Assembly: GCA_040954595.2 (NCBI GenBank)
Contig: CM082582.2
Coordinates: forward strand, 3,270,303 to 3,334,302
Origin: Balanoglossus misakiensis
Taxonomy: Eukaryota; Animalia; Hemichordata
DNA length: 64,000 nt
Direction of reading: 5' to 3'
Positions 1 to 23,139 of the stretch are shown here, piece after piece. Position 1 is the stretch's first letter. Every line of letters begins with the position of its first letter. The notes under the pieces were generated by a model that made no database searches, had not been told where the DNA came from, and saw only the letters and a list, made by a program, of their open reading frames with translations. Both the position numbers and the translations under genes were made by a program.

Positions 1-1285
1 GGTGCTGATATAGTGTAAAGTAGTTCAAAGGCCACATGTGGTCACCCAAAATTTGGGAAATAAATTTTGACCCCATACTAGCTTGTCCATGTCCAACAAA
101 AACCACAACTCTAGCTCAATTTGTTCACCTGTACTTAGGTATGCGCATATTTAATGAGATCAGCAGGTGTCACTGAGGTCGCCCAAAATTATGACAAAGA
201 ATTTTGATCCCATACTGGTCCATGCCCAACAAAAAGCAAAACTCTATCTCTATTGGTTCGGCTGAAATTGGCTAGGCACATAATTAATGAGGTCAGCAGA
301 GGTCACTGGGGTCCTGAAAAGTAGCAAAATAATTTGATCATACACTAATCCACACGCATCAAAAACCAAACGTCTAGCCCCTAGGTTAGCCTGGAAATAG
401 ATATGCAGAAGTAATGATGTGTGAAAAGTAGGTCAAAGGTCATGTGAAAAATTGCCAACAAATTTGCAACATATTCTAGTCATATGACAACTCAAATCCA
501 TAAAAAGAATTTGTGTGCTATTATACTAGAAAAAGCAAATTTCTCTTTTCATCGCTTTTTACAAAATCCAATATGGCCGCCATAATCTTTAACCAATCAC
601 AACGCTCTTCACAAACTTGACAGACATCAGTTCAGTGACTATACTCCCTGAATCTTGCGACTCAGTTATCGACTCCCAATTCTGGAGTAGAAGATTTTTG
701 AAATTTTTCTATGGTTTTTCGAAAATCCAATATGGCCGCCATAATCTTTGACCAATAACAATGATCTTCGCAAACTTGATAGACATCAGTTAGGTGACCA
801 CATACCCCAAACCCAGTGACTCGGTTATCGCCGGTTCTGGAGAAGAAGATTTTTGAAATTTTAACCAGATTTCAGAAAAAAAATTGTAGCAAAAAAAAAA
901 TGCAACTTTGACAGCATAATGTCAAATTACAAAAATGATGGTCAGAAGGTAGTCTACCTGCACGCCAAATTTGAAGTCGATCTGACTTGTAGTTTCTGAG
1001 ATCTGAGATTTGCATTTTTTCAGAAAATCCAATATGGCCGCCATGTCACGTGACTAATTAAAAATTCACAGGTTCAATGCCCGACTACTCATTGACCTTG
1101 ACCACCATAGCAAGTTTGAGAAGTGTACCTGCAGTTTCTGAGATCTGTGATTACTACGTTGTCGAGTGTCCAGAAATTTACGGTCGGAAACAGAAATTAC
1201 AAGTAGGAGTGTCTCCAACATGAAGAAAAATCCAGCGAGCTTAGCTTTTAAAAAAGAACTGACATTTAGTTCCTTACTCGCTGTG
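1..1285. repeat. Interspersed repeat with internal ~160-bp subrepeats (probable non-autonomous Helentron/Helitron-type element, partial)
   Basis: AAAATCCAATATGGCCGCCAT recurs at ~562, ~722 and ~1024 with similar downstream sequence (AAACTTGA.AGACATCAGTT, TCTGGAG.AGAAGATTTTTGAAATTT); no coding potential; short IR CAGCGAG/CTCGCTG at 1233-1283. Family assignment is inference. Confidence 0.45.
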
Positions 1286-1948
1286 ACAAATCCAAAAACC
1301 GACATGAATTTTGTACAAAAATTTACTCAGAAAAAAACAACAACACTTGAATTTACCAGTCACGCACTGCAAATTGCAGGGCGATGCCTATGAAACTGAC
1401 CAAATTTGACAGATTGTAGTTGCTAAAATGGTGCTGGTGCAATATTTGAACATATGCAGCGCACAGCAGTACCTCCCAGATGACTTTCTCTGAACAATAA
1501 ACCTCAATTGAATGATGAGAAATCACAATTTATCAATGACTTTCAGTCCGCCGACTGATGACCCCAAAATGTTATATGACCTTTTGAATACGCCAACCAG
1601 TGGGTGTCATTTAGCGCACGTTATATGCTAAATAGCGTTGCCGTGGTAACGTAAACAACATGCGTCAATCTCCCGCCAAGAACGGCAAGGCTTCACACTT
1701 TTGCTCCAAGTTTATACGTTACATCCAAGTCTGTTGTAAACAAATATCTGAATATTTTATAATTTATATATAAGGTCGTGTCAGTTATGCGTATATCTAC
1801 CCACCCATTGATCAACGATACTGTCATCAGGCTTGAACGTCATGAAAAGGGGCGTTGATATCCTCGTGTCAGAGACTGACCCATGAGATTAGGGTACACA
1901 CACGGGCTCCAGTGGGGTAATTTCTTACGGAAGTCAGAGCAAGTAAAT

Positions 1949-11089
<9,141 letters not shown>

Positions 11090-11684
11090 CAAGAACTCAC
11101 ATCATTTTCTGAACAATAGCACAATCGGGATCATTTTTTCCCTTGCATCAAGACGTGTTAAACACACAGATTAGAAGCCTCGTTTTGATGCATGTGGAAA
11201 TGTCACACTTTCAGTGGTTATGAATGTGTGATTGCATTTAGTATATGATTTGCATAATTTGTGTACTTTTGAAGTAGGATGATTGGCCAGAGATAAAATG
11301 TCAATACTTACGTTTACTACAGTTTTCTAGCTTGCATTGTAAGAGCCATGTTACCTAAAGAGTCACTAATTTCACCTTACTAATTTTTAATTTAGATACA
11401 TGTATTCAAACCTTACTTTCATTATTTTATGGCTGCTACTGACATTCTCTGGGGCAAAAACAAATGGATGAATAGGAACTCATAGCATTCACAATCTTCA
11501 GGATGAAATCACCCACAGATTATTCTTGCAATTCATCTTGATTGGTCATTTTTCCTTAATCCAGGAAAACTGACTAACATTGAGGAAGAAAATTCAAGAT
11601 ATATTTTCTCACTCATGTAACCTATTGTCATGAGCAATTTTGACACACACACACACACACATCTAGTACACACATTATAGATTG

Positions 11685-12035
11685 GAATATAAGTCATGGT
11701 CAAAGAACTTTTGCTATGCGTGCAGCTAGAGCTTGGAACTCTCTACCTGACATTGTTAGATGCAGTACCAACATAAATAACTTCAAATCTCAGTTGAACT
11801 CTTATATCAGAACCAATTTAAGCAGATAGACGACCTCACAGTTTTAGAAATGTCTACCTGTAGTCACCGCTTTTGCAATTTTACTTTTACTATTTGTATT
11901 TTTCTGTTTTAAACTTTTTATTTTTATACTTTATAGTAGGACCCCATGGTAGATTACAACCTTATAGGGGTCTTTACCCCTGTTTGAGTATGTAAATGGG
12001 AAATCCTTTAATGTGTAAATAAATAAATAAATAAA
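11685..12035 (+). mobile_element. 3' fragment of a CR1/L2-clade LINE
   Basis: From 11698 translates GQRTFAMRAARAWNSLPDIVRCSTNINNFKSQLNSYI, matching the GxRxF..WNxLP..FKxxL C-terminal motif of CR1/L2 ORF2; followed by a T-rich 3' UTR and an (AAAT)n tail at ~12017-12035. Confidence 0.75.
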
Positions 12036-13177
12036 TGGTGTTTTATCAATTGAGTGGTTGGAGTTTGTTACAACTTTGCCTCTTTGACCTTAGTCTGTGC
12101 AGAAGCAACACAGAGTATGAATACTGGAGAAATTGAGAATTAATTCGGAAACGAATGGTTGACAAGAACATGCACCAGATTTACACCCTACAGAGTTGAC
12201 CCCTCGGTATTGTCACTTAGGCAAAGGTACAGCGGCCAACTTATTTTCCAAAGTGGTGATGTTATTTATGCCAGTCAGATATTCCATCACTGTGCGCAGT
12301 CCTGTTCTGTCAGACCTGATTCGGGCCTGTCATTCAGCTCTTTTTTTCAGACATTGATTCTCAGTGCATGTTACAGATATGTCATGAAATATTACGGTCA
12401 TTTCATCGCCCTACGCTCACGAAAATCCTCTCAACTCAATGTATTATTAATAGCCGTTTCTGTTTGGCCGGCTCGATATCAGATTTCAAAACGAAAGCAA
12501 CCGCCCCATTTCGGTAAATGACATAGATTAATCATCGCCAACTGTGGACACAAAATGCCATTGGTGCTACCCATTACTTTGCACGGATGAAACGAAAGAG
12601 CGGAAAGGCGGTAGCCGTCTAATTCGCCAATTAGAAACAAGTTGTGAGTATTAAACAGTGGTAACCAAACTTTGTTCCACAGCTTTGTGATTTAATTTGT
12701 CAATAAATAGCTGCTTAGCTGCTTACTACGCACCCAAGTGAAGCGTAGCGTGATCACTGATGAGCTACTGACACTTCAGCTGCATCGACAGTGAAATGTG
12801 CAGTATATACATCTCATTTAAACATTATTTTAAAGGTGTCGCTGGTATAGCGGACTTGTATTCCCTTCCTGGCTCCATTTATGTATATCTGTGCGTCTAT
12901 GATCCTTCAAGTCGGTGGTTGTTCAATAGTAACAGTGAAAAAAACGCAAAGGGATGGTAACTTGGACTGCTTGATCGTTTCAATCGTGGTGTGCCGGCTA
13001 ATGGAGATAATGTGAACGTGCAAAACGAAAGAACTATGTTCTCGGTTTAACTTTAAATATGACGTCATCGTTCAGGTTAGTTTGAGATTCGACACGCCAG
13101 TTGGTGACAGCTGCAGGTAGAGCGGGTGTAATGGACTTGAAATATTCAAATTGGACGGCTAATAGTTATTGAGAATC

Positions 13178-16100
13178 ATGATTGACCCATGCAAGTATAT
13201 ACACCTGATCATTATCATTATGGTACCATCAAGTAAGTTCTATTTCAAGAAAATGAATGAATTACTTTCGATTTAAACATAAACTTCGGATCTGTCAAAT
13301 TGTTTACAAGACTCAAATATGCCATTAACATCATGATGTATTATGGCGGTATCTGCACGGCCGTATGTAAAAATTTGCTGAGAGTTCATGTTTTAAATAT
13401 GTGTCAGAGAGACGCCGAGGGGAGAGAGAGGGGGAGGGGGAGAGAGGGGGGAGAGGGAGAGAGAACAATAGGGGAATAGAGGGCAAGGGAGAGAGATAGA
13501 GACAGATAATGTATTTGGATGTTGTTGTTAATGTTTTAGGTAGCGCTATTTCAGTAGAAGAAAACCCTGTGGACACGATAGCACTTGTTGGTTACGACAC
13601 CAAACTTAACTGTAGCTTCAGAGATCATTTCCTCGGCTTTGATCACATTGCGTGGAATCGTATAGATGAACATGGCACCCCAACCATTGTAACGTTTGAC
13701 GATGCGGTCATTCTTGATATCACCAAATACGGTCTTGATATCGTCGACGGTGGGTTGTATGAGTATCACCTATTGATATTTGACACGGTGAAGAACGACA
13801 GCGGATCATACGCATGTGAAGTGCTCACTGCAGAATCATCGGATGAAGCCGAGTTGACCGTGTTAAGTATGTCAATCACACTATCTGTCAAATATCGTGC
13901 CCTCTACTGTGTGTCACTAAGTTGTTGACTAATATGGCGTTTGTTTTCTTGCTGTTATCTGCTGTGCCCTGTCGACATCAAAGTACATGTATGCCTCTGC
14001 GGCACCATCGCACCGTGGCCAGCATAGTTTGGAATAGTTGAAAAATACGTTGTTAGAAACGTGCACAAATCAGTGTGGAATCTAGGAGGTATAACATAGT
14101 TTATCAAGATAAAAATCTCAGGTAACTACAACAGTGGTTTAAATACAGTCAAAATGATAACTGAACTGACGTACATGTTTCAGTATTAAGTATTGTAATA
14201 CGAGTTCTGCTCCTAGGTCATATGCCAATACCAAGTTAAAGTTGTTTCTCTGAAAGGTGACGGTCCATCATGCGATGTTTCACCGTCGCCGTTTGTGGTC
14301 GAGGGTGAAGAGGTGATCCTGACATGCGTGGTGGAGGACGGAATCCCGCCGGGGGAACTGGTGTGGTACAAAGAGGGAGAAGAACTCCGCAGAGAGAACA
14401 ACTCATCCGTTCACCAGTTTGCGTACAGCTTCCAGAGGGCTGATAACGGCACATCTCTGAATTGCCGACTTGAAGACGAAACTCTTTTACCGACAACTTA
14501 TAATGTAACGACATGTGACGACGATCTTCTGATTTTTGTGCAGTGTGAGTAGCATGAAGAAACTGTTAAGTTGATGTTAATAATCGTATCTTGACTTATT
14601 TTTAAATGGAACAATAACGATTTGGTCTTCTGTTTATTTTATCTTGCTAAAAGTTTTACCGGTTATTTACCAATAAAGTTCTCTACATTTTAATGAAGAT
14701 CCACCCAGTGTTACTATCAACCACGGACCCCAGCATGCTTTGACCGAGGGGAGAGACCTCGCTTTGGAGTGTCTTGTAGACGAGCCTGGTTACCCGGCGG
14801 ATATCGATCTTTGGTACTGGACAGGGCCCAACAATGAATCATACAATGGCAGCTCGTTGCTGATTGATGGCATCGACAGAAGCCAGAGCGGCAATTACAC
14901 GTGTTTTGCGGAGAACACCTACCACAGTGGAGATCACGGGGTCGCCTCGGCAACGATAGAAGTTGATGTACAGTGTAAGTTTGTTTACGAGTCTACAACA
15001 TCTCAACTTAGACATCTGGGGTATTACCGGATCATTCCGTTGATTAAAATAAGCTGACCCATAACAAATGAGAAATGAGAGAGACATTCTCCGTCAAATC
15101 AAGTAAGCTTGTTCATACTATGCTTGCCTTAGATTGACGTTTGTTATTACCACATTCAATGCATACTATTTTTCATTTAAACTTCCGTAGATCCACCCAA
15201 GGTTGAAGAAGATCACCTCGTACCCATGGAAGGAGAGAACGTTACTCTCTTTTGTTTGGTTGAATCCAACCCTGAACCGCACACTTATTCCTGGACGAGA
15301 AATTATACGTCTGTTTCGGACAAGCAGACGTACAAAATGGATGCCGTTCATCGAACCGATGCTGGCAATTACACCTGTACGGCAACCAATGAATTCGTCG
15401 ATCTCACGTCAGGGACAGGTCAAGGTGTCACATCGTTGGATGTACAATGTGAGTTAACCCTTACAAAGCTGTACGGTTACATGTCAACATGCTAAATGTG
15501 TCGGTTTTTTTAAATCAATGGCTTTCTCTTCATGTCCAGCAATGCTCCATACGGTGAAACATGTGGTGTGAATCATCATATGACAAGTAAAACACGACTC
15601 TTTGAAGTAGGGTATTACGGACCGAACGTATATTAGGTAGCTCTTCCTGAAGCATTATACCATGTAAATGTAATATGGAGATGTTGTTTCTAAATGTGAT
15701 ACAACTGTCGTTCAAACATATTACACCACTTTGACTCAAGAGGTCAAGATGATCAGCTACTATTGAATGTTAATGATTAGTGGCCCCTGGTTTGATGCAG
15801 AATTATTTCACTCTCCCAGATCCACCTGACGTGGAAGGAAGTGACGTATTCAGTAAAGAAGGTGACGACATTACTCTACACTGTGTTGCTGACTCTAACC
15901 CGGAACCAAGCAACTACTCCTGGATAAGACACGGAAACCGAGTGTCAGACACACGAACCTACACTCTGCAAGTGGTCAGCACGTCGGATTCTGGCAATTA
16001 CACGTGCTCCGCAACCAACGAATTTTACGACTTGACAACTGGCAATGGCCAGGGAATCACGGTTCTGGACGTCCAATGTGAGTTAGGCCAAATAAAAAAG

Positions 16101-19100
16101 TATGTGCTGTTCCGAGTACATGGTTTTCAAAAATAGTGAAGAAAGGGAAAAAAATTATTTTGAATTTTTTTTATATATTTGGCCGCCGTAGGAGAGGAGA
16201 ATGACATCATAGTTCTTGCGTAATTCTCGCAATTTTCATAAATTTTGTATATTTTACATTGTTATTTTTACTTCCGGTTTACGAAGCTCTAAACAGTTTA
16301 GGGTCGGCGGACTAAACTTAGGGTAGGTCGGGTAACCGGAACAGCACATTTTTTATTTGGCCTTAGATAATGTCGTTTTTTCTTAGTGATATACTGAAGT
16401 GCGTAAAAGTTACGATTGATTACTGTATTGGATTTAATTTACATATTTTTACCCAATGACATAGATTCACCTGAGGTTGAGAGAGATAACGTCATCGACA
16501 AAGAGGGTGAAAATGTTTCTTTAAATTGTTTGGCTTACTCCAACCCTGAAGCTCACAAGTATTCCTGGACCAGGGATGGAAATCAATTATCAGATCAGCA
16601 GACGTACACGTTATATGATGTCCATCGTGACGCTGCTGGCAACTACACCTGCACAGCAACCAATGAATTCTGGGATCTTACATCCGGGACAGGTCAAAAT
16701 GTCACAACGCTGGATATCCAGTGTGAGTAAAATATGTCCAATGCGATCGATAATTTCCACTCATTGTGAAATCTCGCGAGACTTGATTAAGTATCGTAGC
16801 AATTGGTTGCTAGGCCAAACAATGCATGTAAATCATTGAATGTATGAAAAAGGTGCAGAGTCAGACACAAATTAGTAGGCCATCCCATTTCTTAAAAGAA
16901 CTCCGAAAAGTAAAAGTACATATTTTTTTCACAATCGCGCGTACATTGTTTGCTCAGTGCATTTGCAAGAGAATCACGCGCGCGGAAAGTATGGTTCATG
17001 ATTTGGCGGGAGTACAAACGCGTCACACAATGTATTATCCTTGTGTATCCTATCATGGAAAGACGCCAGCATAAGAAACAAGATTGTAACTATTTTGGGA
17101 TAATTGCATAAAAATGCGTTGAAAACTATTAGTATCCGTTGTACTTGGGGAATATATGGTATTTCTGTCATTGTATGACCAAAACAAACCAAATAAAACA
17201 AAATGATAACTATGGCGTGTTTGCAGGGTACATCCGAAAATAGTTACAATTTTAGATCATAAATAAATTAGCCTACCTCTGATGAAAGTCAAAACTTCTT
17301 CTGACATTCTTTCCGAAACCGTTGGGTGAAAAAAATAAACGTTTGTTGTAGTTTTGTCACAGTTACGCCTATTGTTATGCAAATTTTATAAGTTGCCACT
17401 TTTTAGGCATTTCACGTGCATATCGCATGCTCATGTGTTGACATGCACATGAAAATAATTTCTTGCTTGCGGCATGACTAACCATAGGAGATCGAATATT
17501 TTTATACTTCAGGGAACACAACATCTATAGGCCTACACGAGTAATACAGTCATAAAGTGGCGGCTTTATACTCTCGGAAACAACATTAATCCTGTCGTTC
17601 AACACCATTTAAATTCACTAAAGTTTTAAGAGAGTTAAAAAAAAACTTTACACAAAAGGTCTACATCACATCAAGGCTGATTTTTTGTGGAAGTTGGGAC
17701 GAATACATGACTATGATGTTCGTTCACTAGAAATAACCATTGGTAGCTAGACAAGTATGTTATTTTGAACTGCTGTTTAGTCTTCTGTTCACGTTGCCCA
17801 ATGTACATGCATTGTAGACCCCCCTGATGTAATGGAGCGTGATGTCATTGGTATCGAGGGTAGAGAAGTCACTTTAAACTGTCTGGTTGACTCCAATCCT
17901 AAACCCCACATTTACACTTGGACACAGAATGGAAATCAAGTGTCGGACCAACAGGCGTACACAATTCTGGCCGCTGATCGTTCCGATGCCGGCAACTACA
18001 CGTGCACAGCCACCAATGAATTCTACGACCATACATATGGGACAGACCAAGGTGTCACGACGCTGGACATACAACGTGAGTGGAGATGTAAATGCTAGTT
18101 TAGAATGACTGCAACTTATACATTCTGTTGAATTTACTTAGATATGTTCATATTGTGACGAAGAAATAATCATGGCATTTCTTGATTATTGTGGTCCATA
18201 TAAACAACGGCATGTCAACATACATGTAATTGTGTGCACAGGGCTCAATCCTCACGTGCGTTTATTTAGGATGAGAGTCAATTACATACTCTATACATTC
18301 CCCTGAAACACGTGACGCCATCGGCAAAGAAGGTAAAAATATCACGTTACACATTGTGGCCGACTCTTTGTCCTAAACCCCACGTTTTCACCAAGACCAA
18401 AAACGGCAGGTTTCAGATCAACAGATCTTGACGATGTATAAAGGTGACGATGCTGGTATTTACACCTGTACACCAACCAATGAATTAGATATAAACTATT
18501 CACAGACACAGGCCAGGTCGCCATGGATACTACCCCCAACAGCAACATAAGCGAGGGCGATGACGTCACCATTCGATGTCAGTCCCACAGTGGCAATCCC
18601 GACCCATACCAGATGAGTTTGGCATTTGAGCTGGTTGAGTTGTCAACGGTGGACGGTACTGAGCTGGAGTACACGATTGCCGCCATCTCCCGGTCGCAAA
18701 GCGGAACCTACCAATGCCGTGCAGTGACACGATTCTACGACGGTAGCGAGAAACATAACACCACAGAAATTTATGTCACCGTTTTCTGTAAGTAAGAAGG
18801 GAAAAGTCGCCTTGTTTACCTGTACCACTATAGGCAGTTTCTAAGTGACCACTGAAAAGGTTTATGTGTACATCAATGAGGTGAAAAGGTTAATCATTTG
18901 ATACATGTAACACAGAAATTTCCACTGTTATGTCCATCATCACAGATATTGGAACCATCATTGATGATGGAACGACCACGGTGGTATTCGAGACAGGGAT
19001 TGGTGACACGGTCACGATGGAGTGCAAAGCCGATGGGGAACCCATGCCTACGATGTCGTGGTATGACACAACTAATACCACCATTGCGGACGATGACGTC

Positions 19101-20513
19101 AGCAGACAGATAACGACGGTTCAGGAGGGGAACGAGGTGACCAGCTCACTGGCAGTCACAGTCCAGGACAACACATATTATGGGATATACACGTGTGAAG
19201 CAAAGTACATAGCACCTCCAACTGGTTATCAGTCTTTTACAGTCGCAGAACAAACCAGTATATGTAAGTCGGTCGTTCATTTAGACTTAAAACGAACACT
19301 TCTGTTATTTACATAAATAATGTAGACTATGTGTATTGTTTTCCATGAACCCATGTACATGCCTAATCAGGAAAGATAAAATTATGTGCTTTTCGATTCT
19401 CACAGTGTCCTAAAATTAATAACGTCACTCGCTCCACATTCAACACACAGCTGCAGCCTCGCCATCCCTGACCATTATACTGGTTATAACCATTATCATC
19501 ACTACAGCCGTGTTGACCGGCATCGTGATTGCTTATTTACTGAAGAAGAAAAACCGCAACAAAGTCACATCCTTAACGAAAGGTTAGATAATTCCAATTG
19601 TCATCCTCCAGATTTGAGTTTCAAATAGGTTACTATATTTTTAATTTCACTTTCAGGGAATGTATACGTAATACATGTACTGTTTAAAAGACACAGTGAT
19701 ACTCAATATTGACCTTTTCAGCAGTTACTCTAAATGTGTTGACTGGTTCGTTTTTTTCTCTTCTTAATCAATAAGGAAAAGGAGGAAAAGCTAATGTCCC
19801 TGGCAATACTAATGTAAGTTTGTATTTTTCAGTTTATAGTCACCAAACAATTCTAATTATTGGAACGAGATGTACAGTTCGAATTAAAACCATGGAATAG
19901 ATTTTCTTTCTTACTGCCTATGCCTGAGAACTTGTGTGTGTGTGTGTTGGTGTGTATTGACGGACGGTCGGATGGATAGATTGGTAATGTGTGAATGTGT
20001 CGATACCGATACAATATAAGTTTTTAACACAGTTTCGTTTCTTTGCAGGCTCTCGAATCGGACAGTGCCTCGGAACATCCAAAAGCTGATTTTGACACCG
20101 GTAAGTGTGAACATTTTGAGGTAGCTTGTGCGTTCATGACACTCTGTTTATCGCATTTTTGTTATTACATATTTTTAATTGCGATAGTTATTATAAGTCT
20201 GAGAAAGTTTAAACTTAAGCTTCGCTACCCCCTTATCTCGCCACACAGAAACCACCGAAGACTCTTCAAACAATCACTATGACAACAGCTGGGTCAACAA
20301 TATCGACACCTCAGGAGATTTCGATCGAGATGAATCGGTAGGTCGCACTTTTACCCCGAGAAACTATAATCAAAGGTAGCAATTCCTTGTGTCGCTAGAG
20401 CTTCCATTCTGACAGGCAAATAACCCATGATTCTTGAAAATCATTTTCTTTCTGTTCCGCAGATGAATTTTTCAACATGGAGCCTGACTCGTCGAAACGG
20501 TTTGAATTCATAA
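13178..20513 (+). CDS. Ig-superfamily type-I membrane protein (V-set + 8 Ig, TM, short tail); CEACAM/Siglec/hemicentin-like domain style
   Basis: Predicted exons: 13178-13232 (MIDPCKYIHLIIIIMVPS), Ig exons 13540-13866, 14257-14544, 14699-14974, 15191-15448, 15820-16077, 16465-16722, 17818-18075, 18506-18787, 18946-19263 (phase 1, DxGxYxC motifs), TM 19451-19582 (LTIILVITIIITTAVLTGIVIAYLL-KKKNR), tail 19776-19813, 20049-20100, 20249-20337, 20463-20513. The frame of the last exon is uncertain. Confidence 0.85.
16086..16362. mobile_element. MITE with ~25-bp TIRs and TTA target duplication (PIF/Harbinger-like)
   Basis: Left GGCCAAATAAAAAAGTATGTGCTGTTCC, right GGAACAGCACATTTTTTATTTGGCC, flanked by TTA on both sides; a solo copy of the same TIR is at ~58254-58280. 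Confidence 0.75.
18291..18490 (+). pseudogene. Decayed pseudo-exon copy of the 258-nt Ig exon of the second Ig gene
   Basis: Retains GGCAAAGAAGGTAAAAATATCACGTTACAC, CCTAAACCCCAC, TCAGATCAACAG and GATGCTGGTATTTACACCTGTACACCAACCAATGAATT, homologous to exons 5-8, but has indels and no AG acceptor or GT donor at the homologous positions. Confidence 0.75.
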
Positions 20514-20596
20514 AACTAACATTGGCGGCAGCTTCGTCCAGTCTGACTTTGTCATACAAATCACCGAAACCAAATTATACTATACATTTGTGGGTT

Positions 20597-20684
20597 CGCC
20601 GTCTTCAATTTTAATCTATTTGAATTCGCCATATACGAGTCGCTGTCTTCAATTTTAATCTATTTGAATTCGCCATATATGAGT
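20597..20684. repeat. 44-bp direct tandem duplication in the putative 3' UTR
   Basis: CGC(C/T)GTCTTCAATTTTAATCTATTTGAATTCGCCATATA(C/T)GAGT occurs twice in tandem. Confidence 0.9.
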
Positions 20685-21574
20685 TGGCATGTGTGTGGAG
20701 ATGACCAAAATTAATAAGCTCTTAAAAGAAGATCAAATGACCAAAGTAGCGTCAACGGTGGGCGACTTTGTCCCTTTAAATATTGTATTTTACGTTACTG
20801 TAATTTATTAGCATTGCGTGCATTAGAGACCGCTCTTCTATTTTTTATTTACATATACTGTTCCGTCCAATATGAGTACAGTCTGTACATTAGCACATTC
20901 CTTTTTATGTAATTTTGTAGTGTTTGTGTTTATAATTTTGTTTGTATGTAATTTATGTGTTTGCATACATATGAAATAAAAAAAATATGAGTACAGTCAA
21001 AATATCTTTTAATATACCTGATGTAAGCGTTTAGTAAATACACTGCTTGTCATTGAGTTGTGATTATGTAAGTTGCATTGCTGCACGTACCATGAGGAGT
21101 TAATAAACTCAGTAACTTCCGTTTTGTGACAATGCATGAGAAATCTTGCTGCCGTTTAGCACATAAAGAGTTAACGTTTGCATTGCTGTTACGGTACGCT
21201 GGCCGTTCAGTTCCGAAACAGGGCAGTGAGCAAAATAGACTTACTGAATGGCTCGCTTTGGTGAACCAACCAGCGCAGCACGCAACAAAGACGGTCAACA
21301 ATAGGCACACCACACGTTATTTCCTTGCTTATTATTACAAATAAACATGGGTATATATAAAATGGTTATACACTGTAAAAACACACAAAAATAAGTGGCT
21401 ACCTTAAATGTGACCAGGTGTGGGAAATGAAAAACTAAAGTCCAAGGTTCTGTAGCGCACGACGGACACGACCAACGCCACGGCAGTTCCAACAGTGACG
21501 TTCAGTCCGAGTAGCCTTCTGGCACAATTCCCCGGTAGACGGCACGGCTTTCAGACGAATTCCTCATGAGGTAG

Positions 21575-22050
21575 CACGGCTTCTGGGTGCGGTTTCCAGA
21601 CCAGTGCAACATGAAACAATTACACGGCTTCTGGGCGCCGTTTCCAGACCAGTGCAACATGAAACAATTACACGGCTTCTGGGCGCGGTTTCCAGACCAG
21701 TGCAACATGAAACAATTACACGGCTTCTGGGCGCGGTTTCCAGACCAGTGCAACATGAAACAATTACACGGCTTCTGGGCGCGGTTTCCAGACCAGTGCA
21801 ACATGAAACAATGACACGGCTTCTGGGCGCCGTTTCCAGACCAGTGCAACATGAAACAATTACACGGCTTCTGGGCGCCGTTTCCAGACCAGTGCAACAT
21901 GAAACAATTACACGGCTTCTGGGCGCCGTTTCCAGACCAGTGCAACATGAAACAATTACACGGCTTCTGGGCGCGGTTTCCAGACCAGTGCAACATGAAA
22001 CAATTACACGGCTTCTGGGCGCGGTTTCCAGACCAGGGCAGCATGAAATA
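21575..22050. repeat. 48-bp unit minisatellite, ~10 near-identical copies
   Basis: Unit CACGGCTTCTGGGCGC(G/C)GTTTCCAGACCAGTGCAACATGAAACAATTA; 16-aa periodicity in the ORF track. Confidence 0.97.
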
Positions 22051-23047
22051 CGGCACAGCTTCCAAGCCGGCGAGGAACGGAACAGCTCACACGGGCAAGT
22101 CCAAATTAGCAGCTACGCCGCAACGCAACGTGCGGGCTTTTTATATGGGGAAAATAATGAATGCACCACACCTGGTCACGCAAATATTCAAATTACGAAT
22201 TTAGTAAGCGAAAAACACACCTGGTCACAAAACAACAGCAAACCTAACCTCCATAACAATTGCCTATAAAATAAAGACGTCGTGCTGTGTATACTTTCCA
22301 AAGACTGTAACTTGATTTAGCTTTATATCACACGATCTCTCTTTCTTAATTCTTGGTAACCGATGTAGTTATCACAGCCTGGGTGATCGATAGGTTTTCA
22401 TATCTCCAAACGAAAGAAATTCCCGAGCATTGCCCGTGCACGATTGTGAGCACGCCCCTAACGATATTGGTTACGAAATCTGTTTTTTTCGTCGCATTTA
22501 TTGATTCCAAACGCACATCATACATGTCACATTGTCGTTTTGAACGGTTAAATTTAAAAGCTCATTTACAGGCATATAAGCTCAACCCAGCTGTGTGACA
22601 AAGCACAAGCTTACTAATATTGAATTGTAAGGAAAACGAGAAAGATTCCATTTGCTAGCGATTTTATACATTGACAAACTTATTTTATGGCTATTGGCTG
22701 TGTGTGTGGCCAGAGGATAGACATTGACTGAAAGTCTTGCCGTGTTAAGCCAAAATTATCACTGACGGGCTTGCAAAGCGAGGTTTACTCATCGCTTCTG
22801 ATGAATATTGAGCAACGCCTTAGCACCAGGGCCCGTACGCCACATCACGGCGCTATGGAGGTACTACTCCGGCACTAAGATGTTACACCAGTACATGTTT
22901 CCAAAAATAGTTTGCGTCAATGGGTGATTATTGGTAGCATCATTACTTTTGAAATTTAAATTTAATATCGTATTCAATAAGCGAAAGTATGCAGCTTATA
23001 TTTATTATATTTCAAGGTAATTGCTTATTTGCAAAACCAGTTCGTAT

Positions 23048-23048
23048 T

Positions 23049-23138
<90 letters not shown>
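23048..23138. repeat. (ATTT)n microsatellite
   Basis: Direct observation; abuts the BEL/Pao fragment. Confidence 0.97.

Positions 23139-23139
<1 letters not shown>

Noticed and set aside
17270-17340. Hammerhead ribozyme (CTGATGA...GAAAC, Penelope-like)
   Set aside because: Stem II lacks the closing R-Y pair, and the would-be cleavage triplet is GUG rather than NUH; stem I partner not found.
19451-19582. Second Ig gene as the activating partner of a classical paired-receptor system
   Set aside because: TM has no charged residue and no ITAM is seen in the predicted tail.
21575-22050. CRISPR-like array
   Set aside because: Units are contiguous and near-identical with no unique spacers; eukaryotic context and no cas genes.
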